A stretch of 63,981 nt of DNA, counting the filler, from Octopus bimaculoides (taxonomy: Eukaryota): assembly GCF_001194135.2 (NCBI RefSeq). It is 4 parts of 4 records of this genome, joined end to end, with 100 filler letters (N's around TTAATTAATTAA, not from the genome) between each part and the next. Parts side by side here need not be neighbours in the genome. Positions count along the whole stretch, not along the records: positions 33,466 to 61,784 come from NC_068982.1; positions 61,885 to 63,981 come from NC_068992.1; 2 more parts are not named here. One strand, given 5' to 3'. The notes under the pieces were generated by a model. It searched no databases. It was not told the DNA's origin and saw nothing but the letters and a program-made list of their open reading frames with translations. Each line of letters starts with the position of its first letter. The stretch's first letter is position 1. A program made the translations under genes and the position numbers. Below, in pieces: positions 50,549 through 62,652 of this stretch.

Positions 50549-51172
50549 TGGCACTGTCATGGTATTAGCTGTCAGAAGTGAAAGTAGAAAAATCTGACAA
50601 GGAACGTTACTGCTGGTTTGAGTTGATTCTTTGGCTAATACCATGACTGGCCGGAGCGAGCTATCTGTCTGTCTGTCTCTATCTCTCTCTCTATCTATCT
50701 ATCACTCGAAAGTTATTGGAACAAATTTGACACCTATATCCATGCGTTTGAAAACACACAGAGTATAAGGGTACTACTAAAGCAGAGTGGTCCCGAACGC
50801 GCAGTCGCGCGTCCGTGCTAGCTAGTCGTGAGTGGTCGATCCTATTATTTTTAAACTTCAAACTTCATTTGTTTTCTATTTTGATAAATTCTCTCTGTTG
50901 AAAATTATATTTTTATATTTTAAATAATTTTCAATTTCAGAAAATATATTTTTATATTAAATTTGCGTTTTCTAATTTGATAAATTCTACGGACACAAAC
51001 AAAGGTGAACGAGTGATAGATAGATAGATATATATAGAGAGAGAGATAGTGAGATAGACAGACAGATAGATAGCTCCGGCTAGTCAGTAGCCAAAGAATC
51101 AACTCAAACCAGCAGTAACGTTCCTTGTCAGTTCTACTTTCAATTCTGACAGCTAATACCATGACAGTGCCC
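50549..51172. mobile_element. MITE-like element with about 160-bp inverted arms in the small protein gene intron
   Basis: 50550-50708 vs 51009-51171 are inverted (GGCACTGTCATGGTATTAGCTGTCAG... / ...CTGACAGCTAATACCATGACAGTGCC). Flanked by TAC inside a (TAC)n tract; it contains the foldback unit at 50770-50844. Confidence 0.7.
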
Positions 51173-51371
51173 TACTACTACTACTGTTATTATTATTTAT
51201 AGGGCGGCGAGCTGGCAGAATCGTTAACACGCCGGGCGAAATGCTTAGCGGTATTTCGTCTGCCGTTACGTTCTGAGGTCGATAAAGTTAGTACCAGTTA
51301 CGCACTGGAGTAGATGTAATCGACTTAATCCTTTCCCCCAAATTTGAGACTTTGTGCTTCCAGTAGAAAGG

Positions 51372-51409
<38 letters not shown>

Positions 51410-53058
51410 AGGCGATGAGCTGGCAGAATTATTAGCCCGCCGGATAAAATGCTTTGTGGCATTTCGTCCGTCTTTCAGCTGAGATCGACTTTGCCTTTCG
51501 TCCTTTCGGAGTCGATGAAATAAGTACCAGTTGCGTACTGGATCGATGTAATNNNNNNNNNNNNNNNNNNNNNNNNNNNNNNNNNNNNNNNNNNNNNNNN
51601 NNNNNNNNNNNNNNNNNNNNNNNNNNNNNNNNNNNNNNNNNNNNNNNNNNNNNNNNNNNNNNNNNNNNNNNNNNNNNNNNNNNNNNNNNNNNNNNNNNNN
51701 NNNNNNNNNNNNNNNNNNNNNNNNNNNNNNNNNNNNNNNNNNNNNNNNNNNNNNNNNNNNNNNNNNNNNNNNNNNNNNNNNNNNNNNNNNNNNNNNNNNN
51801 NNNNNNNNNNNNNNNNNNNNNNNNNNNNNNNNNNNNNNNNNNNNNNNNNNNNNNNNNNNNNNNNNNNNNNNNNNNNNNNNNNNNNNNNNNNNNNNNNNNN
51901 NNNNNNNNNNNNNNNNNNNNNNNNNNNNNNNNNNNNNNNNNNNNNNNNNNNNNNNNNNNNNNNNNNNNNNNNNNNNNNNNNNNNNNNNNNNNACAATGGA
52001 CTTCTTTCAGTTTGTGTCAACCAAATCCACTCACAAGGCTTTGGTCAGCCGACGTTATAGTAGAAGACACTTGCCCAGGTGCCATGCAGTGAGACTGAAC
52101 CTGGAACCATGTGGGAAGCAAGCTTCTTATTTCTTTACTGCCCACAAGGGGCTACACACAGAGGGGACAAACAAGGACAGACAAACAGATTAAGTCGATT
52201 ATATCGACCCCAGCACATAACTGGTACTTAATTCATCGACCCCGAAAGGCAAAGTCGACCTCGGCGGAATTTGAACTCAGAACGTAACGGCAGACGAAAT
52301 ACCACTAAGCATTTCACCCGGCGTGCTAACGTTTCTGCCAGCTCGCCACCTTGGAAGGTGGGAAGCCATCTGGGAAGCAAGCTTCTTACCACACAGCCAC
52401 TTTACAAGCATAAAACGAAAGCACCCTCCCGATCTTATTATTTTGCATGCATTTTTAGTCCAATATTTCCTTGTTTCATTTTTGTTAATTTTATGAAGAT
52501 TGACTTATCTAACATTTAATTGCCTGCCACACCTTGATAGTAAATTAATTTTCAGACATAGCTATAACTAAATAAACATTGCATAGCATAAGTCTGTGGT
52601 TGTTGTTTTGCTACTGTTCAGTCCTGGTAAATCAGACGTTCTAGTCGTGACCATCTCATTTGTGTAAAGGTACTCTGTTTAGATCCAATTTATCCCTAAT
52701 GCAGCAGATCTCTGATCCAGCTATGGCTACTCTGTGTATATGAACAGTAGAGAAGAGATTGGCCAATGTAGCCTTATTTAAGACAGTAGAGTGTGACTTG
52801 ATGAACACACAGCAGCTTTTTCTAGCAGATCGAATGACTGTGTAGAGGTTCCCTCATTGCTTTGCGTGGCTGACTTGTCAAGTTACAGTTAAAAGTATCA
52901 GCAATCAAGCTGATTTGATTTTTGACACTCTGCATGACAATAAAATATTCTATAATGCATCCAGTCATCCCTTAATAATTATGCCTACTAATAATGGAAC
53001 ATTTTCAGTGTTTGCAATTATTTTCAAATTATTTAAAATTGATTTTCTCTCTTTTCAG

Positions 53059-53209
53059 GGGTATTCTTGTTGTGGTTGGCATAACAAGTTTTGCCGTTGC
53101 CAGGACATTGGTTCAAAACCAGCGCTATGAAGTGATGAAGAGTAAACAGAGAGTTCGAGATGCCTGTAAACAAGATGTTTTGGATGCAGAGGCTAAAACA
53201 GTATCCTAG
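53059..53209 (+). CDS. Small protein gene, exon 2, terminal (L GILVVVGITSFAVARTLVQNQRYEVMKSKQRVRDACKQDVLDAEAKTVS*): single-pass membrane microprotein, possibly DUF4748-like
   Basis: Strong acceptor gattttctctcttttcag|G (phase 2), a hydrophobic stretch followed by a basic amphipathic tail, and TAG at 53207-53209. The family label is recalled from the SF.LA...RY..MK..R.R pattern and is unverified. Confidence 0.72.
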
Positions 53210-53842
53210 CATTTGCACAATATACACCAAGTGCATCTAGTTTTCATGAGTTGCTGGAGAACTATTTAGAATGAAGCCAGTATCTCTTTCTGGAGTAAAT
53301 GGCTTATTCAAGAAAGGTTTCTAACAATCGTTTTAATAGTGAGAAAAGTGCTAAGGGCCAAATAAGTTTGGCCAAATCTCTGAACTGACTTTCAATTTCC
53401 AATTGCTGTAATGCAATTGGAAATGTGTATGCATCATAAAACATCATTTTGATGTCAATATATGTATGTATGCATGTACATATGTATGTAACCTCTTACC
53501 CTTCATATGCACTCACATGGAATGTAAAATGAAAACATGGGTGTTTAAAGAAATGAAATTGTAGAAAATTGATTTATGAGAAGTTTTTTTCACAGATGTG
53601 TTATTGTGATAATAATTAAATTATTTCTGGCTTTCAGGCTCATCTTTTCATACAGTTATGTTTAACTGTTTTCAGTACCCACTCGCCTGCCTAAAACTGC
53701 TTATATTAAAACATTCATATCTTAAATTCTCAATCCAGATTTCATTATTACATGAGTAAAATACAAAATTTCAGCAGTTAAACATTTGTTGTTTGTTGTA
53801 ATTTTAGAACAGAACTTAAAGATACATAATTTGTGATTTCTA

Positions 53843-53848
53843 AATAAA
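53843..53848 (+). terminator. Candidate polyadenylation signal for the small protein gene
   Basis: AATAAA about 630 nt after the stop codon, followed by T/G-rich sequence (cttgtatttc). Confidence 0.35.
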
Positions 53849-54719
53849 CTTGTATTTCATGGAGAGGCATGGATCTTCATATATAGAGCAAAGCTTTTTG
53901 TCAGAAAGGTTATGAATGCCCTGAAGAAAAAGGATTACCTCAGGCCTTAAGATTCTTCTGTCTCTCATGACATATAAACTTATCCAAAATCACAAACTTC
54001 ATTCAATGATTTTGCTAGCATAGACAACCACTATGTTCCTCAAACACTCTTTTTTTATTCACTAAATAAAAACGTTACAATTATTTTGCTAAAACCATCC
54101 ACTGAGCATGTTGCAGTCCACTGGTACACTTGCATGGAAAACATACATATCATGTTCACACACACACACACACACTTCCTTAGACTATTGACCTTGCAAT
54201 AATTTTTGCAGTGCAGGAACTAATGTTCAAGTCAGTGGTTTGTGTGTGTGTGTGTGTGTGTGTGTGCATGCATGCATGCCTCTATAGAGCTATGTGGTGA
54301 ATTGTCCAACATCTTAACTTCATAACTATTCTGCAAGCTAATGAAGCATTAGTTATATAATACTCCTACTCCTAATGACAGCTGTTTCTATTTTAGACTG
54401 AGATATCTTGTCATGAGCACAGCATTTGGCTCTGAGAATGAGATATTAACACTTAAATGAATTTTTGGTGAAGAGCCAGGCAGATTATCTACTCAGCTTC
54501 TATTGTTTTGATATATAACAACAATTGGTATCAGGGAACCAATTTACATGCATGATACAATCAAACACCAAATGCTCCACTATTCATACTCAGTATTTGC
54601 AGTGTACATCAATGGTGTATTTGCCCCATGGACTTCAGCAGATGGGATAATGGAAGTAAGGATGTTTTTGCTTTTCTTCTAATAGCATCAGTAATGTAAA
54701 CAAGATGGATATTAAATAG

Positions 54720-55200
54720 GCACAGGATGGCTCTACAGTTGCTGGCAAAGCTGTAAGTTCACTTCTCAACCAATGTAGTTTGGGGTTCATTCTCACTGCA
54801 TGGCAAAGTGTCTTCTGCTATAGCCTCAGGCCAACCAGAGCCTCTTTTTTTTTTTTTTTTTTGATTGTTTCAGATCTTGTGAGAGGATTTGGTTGACAAA
54901 AACTAAAAGAAGCCTGTCATGTGTGTATATATATATGAGTGTGTGTGTGTTTCTGCCTCCTTATCTTGATGTTGCCTGATAGTTGAAAACAGATGTCACT
55001 GTCATATTAGTGATGTCATTCATTTTCAGTCTTCTATGAAAACGTGTCTGGTCATGAGGAAATATCTTGCTTGGAAGCAAGTGAGAGTTGCTGATTGGAA
55101 GGGCATCTGACTATAGAAAATCCATCTCAAAGAAACTCATTCTAACCCATGTAAACATGGAAAAGTGATGATAAAATGACAATGACGAACATGATGATGA
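54720..55200 (+). mobile_element. Family A SINE ending in an RTE-type tail
   Basis: Family A head and body followed by GGAAGGGCATCTGACTATAGAAAA...CCCATGTAAACATGGAAAAG...(GAT)n. Confidence 0.7.
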
Positions 55201-56499
55201 TGGAGCTGATATAGTTAAAACGTGACTGGTAATCAGAACTTTAATTCTATCCTTAGGAGCTCTCATCCTTTTTATAACTTAATCAGAGGGCTAAGGGTGG
55301 CAACCCTGGCCGATTTTGGAGTCCCCATGCCTGGCAGGATGAGCCTGAATGCTTGCAACAAAATTCCATTTAAGGCACCCAAATGTAAGCTGGTGGTGTT
55401 AAATCAGGTATTGGTTTCGTCCAAAAACGGTAATCTCACCAGCAAGCTTCTACATAGCTTCCATCTAGCAAATTTCATTCACGAGGTTTTACTCACCAAA
55501 AAGTTACCTAATGTGTCGTGCAGTGAGGATCGAACTCGAAATCTCTGTTTATGTGTTGAGAAACAGTACCTTCCTCGGTGCGTTAACCCTAACTTCAGAA
55601 TAAAATAATGATAAATGATCATCCGAAATTGTTTCTAAATAAATTGTCTCTCCTAAAAAATAACTAAAATTGTTCGTGGCATGCAAAAGAAATATTTCCT
55701 GAAAACTATAATATTCATTGTCATTGTAACAGTACTTTCGTAAGGCGGCGTGCTGACAGAATAGTTAGCCCACCGGCCGAAATGCTTACCGGCATTTCGT
55801 CCATCTTTACGTTCTGAGTTCAAATTCTACCGAGAACGACTTTGCCTTTCATTCTTTCGGGGTCAATAAATTAAGTACCTTGGGTCGATTAATCGACTAG
55901 TTCCCACCTCAAAAATTTCAGGCCGTGTGCCTTAAGTAGAAACGATCATAACAACAGAAAAAAAAATATCTATATCTCTCTCTCTCTCTCTCTATCTATC
56001 TATATATATATATGTATATGTATATATTTAAGTAAAGGGAGGCAATTGTGTATTAAGTAAAAAGGAGTTATCTCCCACAAAGTGCCTGCCACAAGGGAAA
56101 GTGGGCGTAAAAATGAAGTTGGACACATTTGTTACAGAAATACGCAAAGGTAATTTCAACTGACCTAATTAATCAGTCTTAACTCGATTAATTTATAGGT
56201 TTCTAGTTTATATTACAGCTGTTTTATTCAAATTATTCATTCACCTTTCTGCCCTCAGTGTACGAAAGTACCACGAAAGAATATCCTCGAGTTCATTTTT
56301 GAAAGTTGCTGTTTGTGACTGAGAGGTCCCTTATGCAGGCAGATGTCCGACATGCTAGAAATAGTAGCCACATTTTTATATCAAACCCTAGCTTTAACGT
56401 AATAATAATATGGACCTAAAGACAATGTCTGAAAAGAATAACATTGGTGGTTACGGCCGGAACGCCACTAATCGATTGACCTGGAGTAAAACAACATTA

Positions 56500-58790
56500 C
56501 TTAGATAAGTTTCGGCCGAAGTTGGCCCAGGCCATGTCTAATTTAAGAGCACCATCTGAAAGAGAAACACAGTCAGCTCTTGGGCACCATAGCTCATTCG
56601 AGCAGAGAGTTATTGTTTTCAGAGATATATCCGGATGTAGCTGGTTTATCTGGTATTTCTTGGAGGTAATCATCTAGGGACCGTTTGAAAGTCGTGAAAT
56701 CACTTTCCTCTTTATGTGGGTTGGCACGATGTTGAAGAAAGCAGGGTCAGTTGAGGTGAAATAGTTCTGTTGTAGTACTGTGATACGACACGAACATGAT
56801 TTCTGTAGTGGACGGATTGCATGGGGTCCAAGCCTCGGATGAATTTTAAATATGATACCTATATCATTTAAACAATGTTGATATCATACAGATGATATAG
56901 CGCTCACGGCGGCGTTGGAGGGAGTAAAGCCTGAGCTTTTTGAGTCGATCGCAATAGTCAAGGCTTGTCATGTCATCTATGATTTTTGTGATTGATTTCT
57001 GGGGAGCTTCACTTTTCATAATATTCGGTATCGTGTGGGGGATCACAGCGGGCAACAGTATTCAAGATGAGGGCGAGCAAAAATAGAATAATGGTAGGAG
57101 CGTCTCTAGACCGGAAAGTCCTGAGGATCGAGGAGCACGCCCTGCGAGCCATGTCAACTTTGCTGTTTATGTGAGCACTCCAGCTTATTTTGTTATCAAC
57201 AGTAACATCCGGATATTTCTAGCAGTGCTGGATGCCACGAGGGTTTCGCCCGAGAGAAAAGTGTATGGTTGTTGGAAAGCAGTCTCTTTACCGAAGTGGA
57301 TTAGGTTGAATTTTTTCTCGTTTAACAGCATATTATGTTTCCCCGCCCATTGGATAACAGCCAACAGATCAGATTGAAGATTTGTCAGGTCTTCAACCCA
57401 GTCAACAACCTTCAGTAACTTAGAGTCATCCGCGAAAATATGCGTGCTACTGTGTTTGATGACGTCGGTGATGTCGTTAATATAAATTATGAAAAGGAGC
57501 TGGCCCAATATAGTGCCTTGTGGGACTCCACTTATAACTCTGGCTGAGATCGATGGGACACCATCAATCAACACATGTTGAGTTCTGTTGATCAGAAAAC
57601 ATTTAATCCAAGTTAATAGTTTTCCTCGGACTCCAATGTTGGACAGTTTCTTTAACAGGATGCAGTGATGAACCCTGTCAAAGGCTTTGCTGAAGTCAAG
57701 GTATCTGACATCTGCATTGGAGCCCTCTCATATGGCCTTTAAGATGTCATTGAAATGATGCAAGAGCTGTGTTAAGCAGTCCCTTCCATTGCGGAAGCCA
57801 TATTGGTTGAGAATAATCAGGCTGTTAGATTCTAAGAAGTGAGTTTCTCGACATTTCACCACTCTCTCAAATAAGAGAGGTAAGTGAGATCGGTCGGTAG
57901 TTCACGGCGAGTGATTTTTTGCTTTTCTTGAAAACTGAGGTAATCGCTTGGTAAAGGAAATTTTCATCCATTGATTTTCGCCGGAGAGTAGCTAAGGCGA
58001 GACCTAACCGGAGACGGCACTCCTTCAGGATTCTAGCAGGGAACCTATCAGGACCTGCAACTGAGTTGTTCTTTATTTTGCTAATATCTGCTATGATGTC
58101 CAAGGTGTCGAATATGTCAGAAAGGGTGTGCTGTGGGTTTTTTTTTCATATATGTTGGCCAGGTTAACAATGCTGGGATTGCTGAAAGCAGAGCAGTATT
58201 GTTTCTGCAGAATCTCGACCATGTCTTCTGCAGTATTATAGAGTGTTGTCTTTGGCAATCAGAGGTCCGACAGATGAGGTAGCGACCTTATGTTTTTTGC
58301 CGAATGAAAAGAAAACTTTGGGATTGAGTTTAATTTTCTCGATGGCCCACTTCTCCACAGTTATTCTTTCATTGGTAATGACAGACTTCAAACAGTTTTG
58401 GAGATGAAATTTCTTTGATTCCAGTAGAGCTACGGCTGACAAATGGGAGTGGAGCAGCTGGCAATATTTTAGCCGGTTGATTTTTTTTTATTTATTCTTT
58501 TTATTTTTCTTATGAGCGACTTCTTATTTTTGTCAGGTAGCCTGCATTTTGTTTTGCCCATGGACCGTAGTGGAGTGTGACGTGAATATATGTCCGTGAC
58601 AGTGTCCACAAATAACTGCCACGATGCGGCAATGCTATCTGGGGAGAGAGAATCTGTAAAAGACCAATCAACAAGTGAAAGATCGTGGGTGATTTTCCTT
58701 CTGTTTAGCCTTGTGGAGATCCAAGAGATGAAAAGGGTGTACTGATGTGTGATAGGTTTTTTCTCTAGGCTGCAGAAACTTCAGGCTACA
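56500..58790 (-). mobile_element. CR1-group LINE, degenerate RT
   Basis: Frameshifted ORFs carry NYRPISLTS, SGVPQGTILGQLLFIIYIND, IFADDSKL and the C-terminal LRLYSLQRRRERY. Confidence 0.88.
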
Positions 58791-59029
58791 AAGAACCATA
58801 TCGTAGTCTAAGAGAAGAGTTTTCTCCACTGCAATATCATGGACAGTGTTCGTTTTTGTTAAATCTCGTTGGTACGAACACGAGTTAAGACAGGAAGAAT
58901 TCGTCCATGAATTTGAACAGTGATGCCACTGCTGATTTCTCTATAATACTTTTAAAAATTGTATGAAACACTTTGTGCCAATGTTTACCGGTTTTACTCC
59001 TTGAAAAAATTATACTTGTAAGGATGTCG

Positions 59030-59950
59030 AAATTCTGCTTGTCAAGGGTGCCAACAAACCACAAAACCGGTACAGGTGCAGGGCCTGGGAATGGACACAA
59101 TACGGGTAATGGGAGGAGGAGAAAGGAATTAGTTGTGAGTGCTTGAAGGTGGTACAAGATCAACCAGCTTCGAGGAAACATACCACAGTTGTAGCGGTAG
59201 AAGAGGCAGAGAGAGGAGATAGCATATTTGTAAGCCAGAGGCTGGAGTATGTTGATGAGTGACTTCAAACCAACCAGTAGACTAACTAGCCTTTGCGCGC
59301 AGTCAGTAGACTAGCCTTTGGGTGCAGCAGCACTGTTTCAGATGCGAACAGTACTCAATTATGAACCTTATAGAAGGTTAGTTGTTGTTCGGAGTTGAAG
59401 TATTTTCTGACACCGAAGAGAAAGGAGTCCAGTCTTTGTTATGATTAAGATGCGCGTTTGCCAAAAAGAAAAAAAAATCGTCAATGACGTTAAGGTTTAG
59501 CATTTGAAGAACTCGTGTTCTGTAGGTTCTCTAGGTGTGAAGTTCTTGTTTAGATGGCGGTTGGGGGTGCAATAATGTTTTCTTGCTATGTACTGCGATT
59601 GTGTGTTTTTGTTTTGGAAGGAAACGAAATTGGTGTGGGCCCCATTCGAGGACGTTCTCAAGATTTCTGTTCATGAAGCCAGTGTGCATGTTGTTGATGC
59701 GTGGGTGCGGAAGGTTCGGGAGGAATGAGAGGATGATGTCATCTGCATGTTAAAGTAAGTTGTTAGAGGTAGTGTTAAGTTGATCGTTGATGATAGAAAG
59801 AAGTGCGTGGCTGCAAAATCGAACCCAGAACAAACCAGAATTAATAGAGTATGGACCAGAAAGGGCTGTATCAGTACAAAGCTTTCAGAACTCCACAATC
59901 ACCAGTGTAGTAAATGCCTTTAATAACAGATTAGAGGCGTAGCCAGAAAA
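59030..59950 (-). mobile_element. Second degenerate LINE (CR1/Jockey group), RT 3' half
   Basis: LQPLAYKYAISSLCLFYRY (C-terminal motif of this LINE group), a HADDII remnant of YADD near 59740, and an INSG..QG-like remnant near 59835. Confidence 0.65.
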
Positions 59951-60199
59951 CATATCCTACAAAGCAGCACTAAAATGAAACACAACTCAAATTACACATC
60001 GTAAATAACCAAGCTGATAAAAGCAAAGTAAAACTTCCAACTCAGTTCATCATTACCGCACACGTAACTGAAATAAAATTCGGGATAAAACAACTAAACA
60101 GGAAAGTGAGAAGAAAGTAGAAGACAAGAAAATATACTATAGAGAACTGGCAAGAGTTTGTATCCAACTCATGTTAGATACAAACAGTAAAACATTGTT

Positions 60200-61250
60200 C
60201 AAAACAACTACCATCGTCAGCAACAAAGTGTAATCTATGTCATAATAACAACCTCAGACAACATAGTAATTTTGTAATCCTTATGCTCTTAATAGATACT
60301 TTAACGAATATTAGCCGCCCCAAAAAGCTAATAAAAAACGACAAGACCACAAGACATAAACTACCTACCCCTCGAGACCCTGATTTTGATCTCTTCTTTC
60401 AATGAAGCGCCTCTAAAAGCAATAAAGAAATGTAATAACTCAAATATTATTACCAGATAAAGTTACAATCATACGCCTACCACATAAAAGACATAAAGGG
60501 TTCTCTCAGTGCTCACCGGAATCTATGACTACACTGAAATTTGTAAATACACATAGCAACATTACCAAATTGTTTATATCTGGAAGTTGGACAAATTAAA
60601 AAATTTCAAAGCTCAATTAGAACCCATTTGACGTGATATGTAAAGCCATCAGTTTCTTATACACACTCTTAAAAGTGTTAGAAAGGCAAATCATTGGCAC
60701 CCCTAAACCGCATATTCAAATTCCACTCCACAAAATCACAACACAGACTCTGACAATTACACTCAAAACCCACACTACTCATGAATCTAACAAAGGTCAC
60801 ATGACGGTTTTAATAACCTTCCACATGAACCATTATAAGTGCATTGATAAACGCAAAGATTTCGACTTCATTCTTCACAATTCGTTTCCACAAAATACTC
60901 AACAGCTTATTAAAAGAAAAATCAAAAGCAAAAATACCACCAGCTTACAAACTACCAGTTATGTTGCCAAGATTATGCTGAATACAAAGACACTTCTCGA
61001 ACCTGCAAATCCCAAATGGAATACTACAATGATCCGTGCCATCATCCATTCTTTTTAATCGATACCTACTTGACCATTCTATTCGTCCTCCAAACTTACA
61101 CACAACTTAATACGCAAATGATACCACACTTAGTCCTACCATGCTCCAAGCATAGTAGCACAACTACTCCAACCTAAAAACTTAGCTGTAAAACGATGAT
61201 TTTGAAGTAGCATCTACAAAATCTACACTCTTCCTCTCCCTATCAGCAAT
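60200..61250 (+). mobile_element. Highly degenerate LINE RT fragment
   Basis: ORF 60633-61058 has KAISFLYTLLKVLERQI (RPISLL...KVLER motif) and IDKRKDFD (D..KAFD remnant). The sense strand is A-rich. Confidence 0.55.
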
Positions 61251-62081
61251 ACTAGAGAACATCAGGTACAAACAATCACGGTACTCAATAATATAGCCTA
61301 ATGATTATTATTATGAGCATAAAAGGCAGTGTGAAAGCAGAGTCGTTAGTACAATTGGCGAAATCCTTGGCGGTATTTCATCCGTCTTCATGATCTGAGT
61401 TCAAACTACGCCGAAGTTAACTTTGCCTTTCATCCTTTCGGAGTCGATAAAATAAGTACCATTTGAGTGCTGGGGTTGATATTATCGACTTACCTCTTAC
61501 CCCGAAATTGCTGGCTGTTATGTTTCCCTCGGACTGACTCGCAGAGATAACATAACGAGTTATACAATTTAATTATTACATTTATTGTTCAATTACATAC
61601 AAAGAACGCACTCACCCAATGTTCGTTATGAATAAACAAAAGTCATGTCCGCCATATATATATCAATGACCTTTTACTACGACAGTCCCACAAGACAACA
61701 ACAATGAAACAATGAACTCAGACGAACCACATGACACACGGAACGTCAGACGAATTACATATCTAACAGTCCATATAACACTGGNNNNNNNNNNNNNNNN
61801 NNNNNNNNNNNNNNNNNNNNNNNNNNNNTTAATTAATTAANNNNNNNNNNNNNNNNNNNNNNNNNNNNNNNNNNNNNNNNNNNNATATATATACATACAG
61901 GTGCAGGAGTGGCTGTGTGGTAAGTATGGTATTTTGGTAAATTAAATTTATATGTTGAAGTGAAGCTAACCGTTTTTGTGTTTCGTATGGCTTATAAGCA
62001 CCTTCCGCGCTGCAATTGTTTTCGTACCAACAAACGATCTCAGATCAGGTTACTTGTTATGCAAGTACATCTCCATAATAT

Positions 62082-62127
<46 letters not shown>

Positions 62128-62129
62128 CT

Positions 62130-62652
62130 GCAACTTTTTTCATTCACAATTCCTCACTCAAAATTCGTTAGCCGGAGCTCCAAATCAACAAGTTTTTGAA
62201 TTGTTCAGTGACCGTCCTCCAAGATCAGTTCATGAATTTTCATGCTGTTTTGATTTGTTCAGGAGGTTGACATTTGTCCTGAACAAGATTGGTCTTCAAG
62301 CGACAAATGACTAATCCTAAAGCATGAAAACTACTTGTAAACTTGTGTTTTGCTCATGGTAGCATCCTTGTAAGCTGTTTGAAGCATGTAAACTGCTTTG
62401 GTTGCCCCAGCAGAAAACAGAATTTCACAGAAGCAAGCTGTTCTTTCATTTAATCCATCTCAAAAATCAATGAACATAAGAGAAGCACTGCAAAACAAAG
62501 ATCCATCACGTGGCAGTATGACCTTACATGATGATGCCAGTCAGCAGACTGATGCTGAGGGTTACATCAAGTGATTTCTAGTGGTAGACGCCTGAACCTC
62601 AACAAGCTTGTCCCACAGAGAATGTTTCCATTTGCTTTTGGGTACCCCTTCA
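62130..62652 (-). mobile_element. Partial copy of the same mariner family
   Basis: Colinear with 26530-27048 (CCTCCAAGATCAGTTCATGAATTTTC...GAGAATGTTTC). Confidence 0.75.

Noticed and set aside
55222-55608. 128-aa ORF
   Set aside because: It overlaps repeat-derived sequence, has no recognisable domain and has no splice support.
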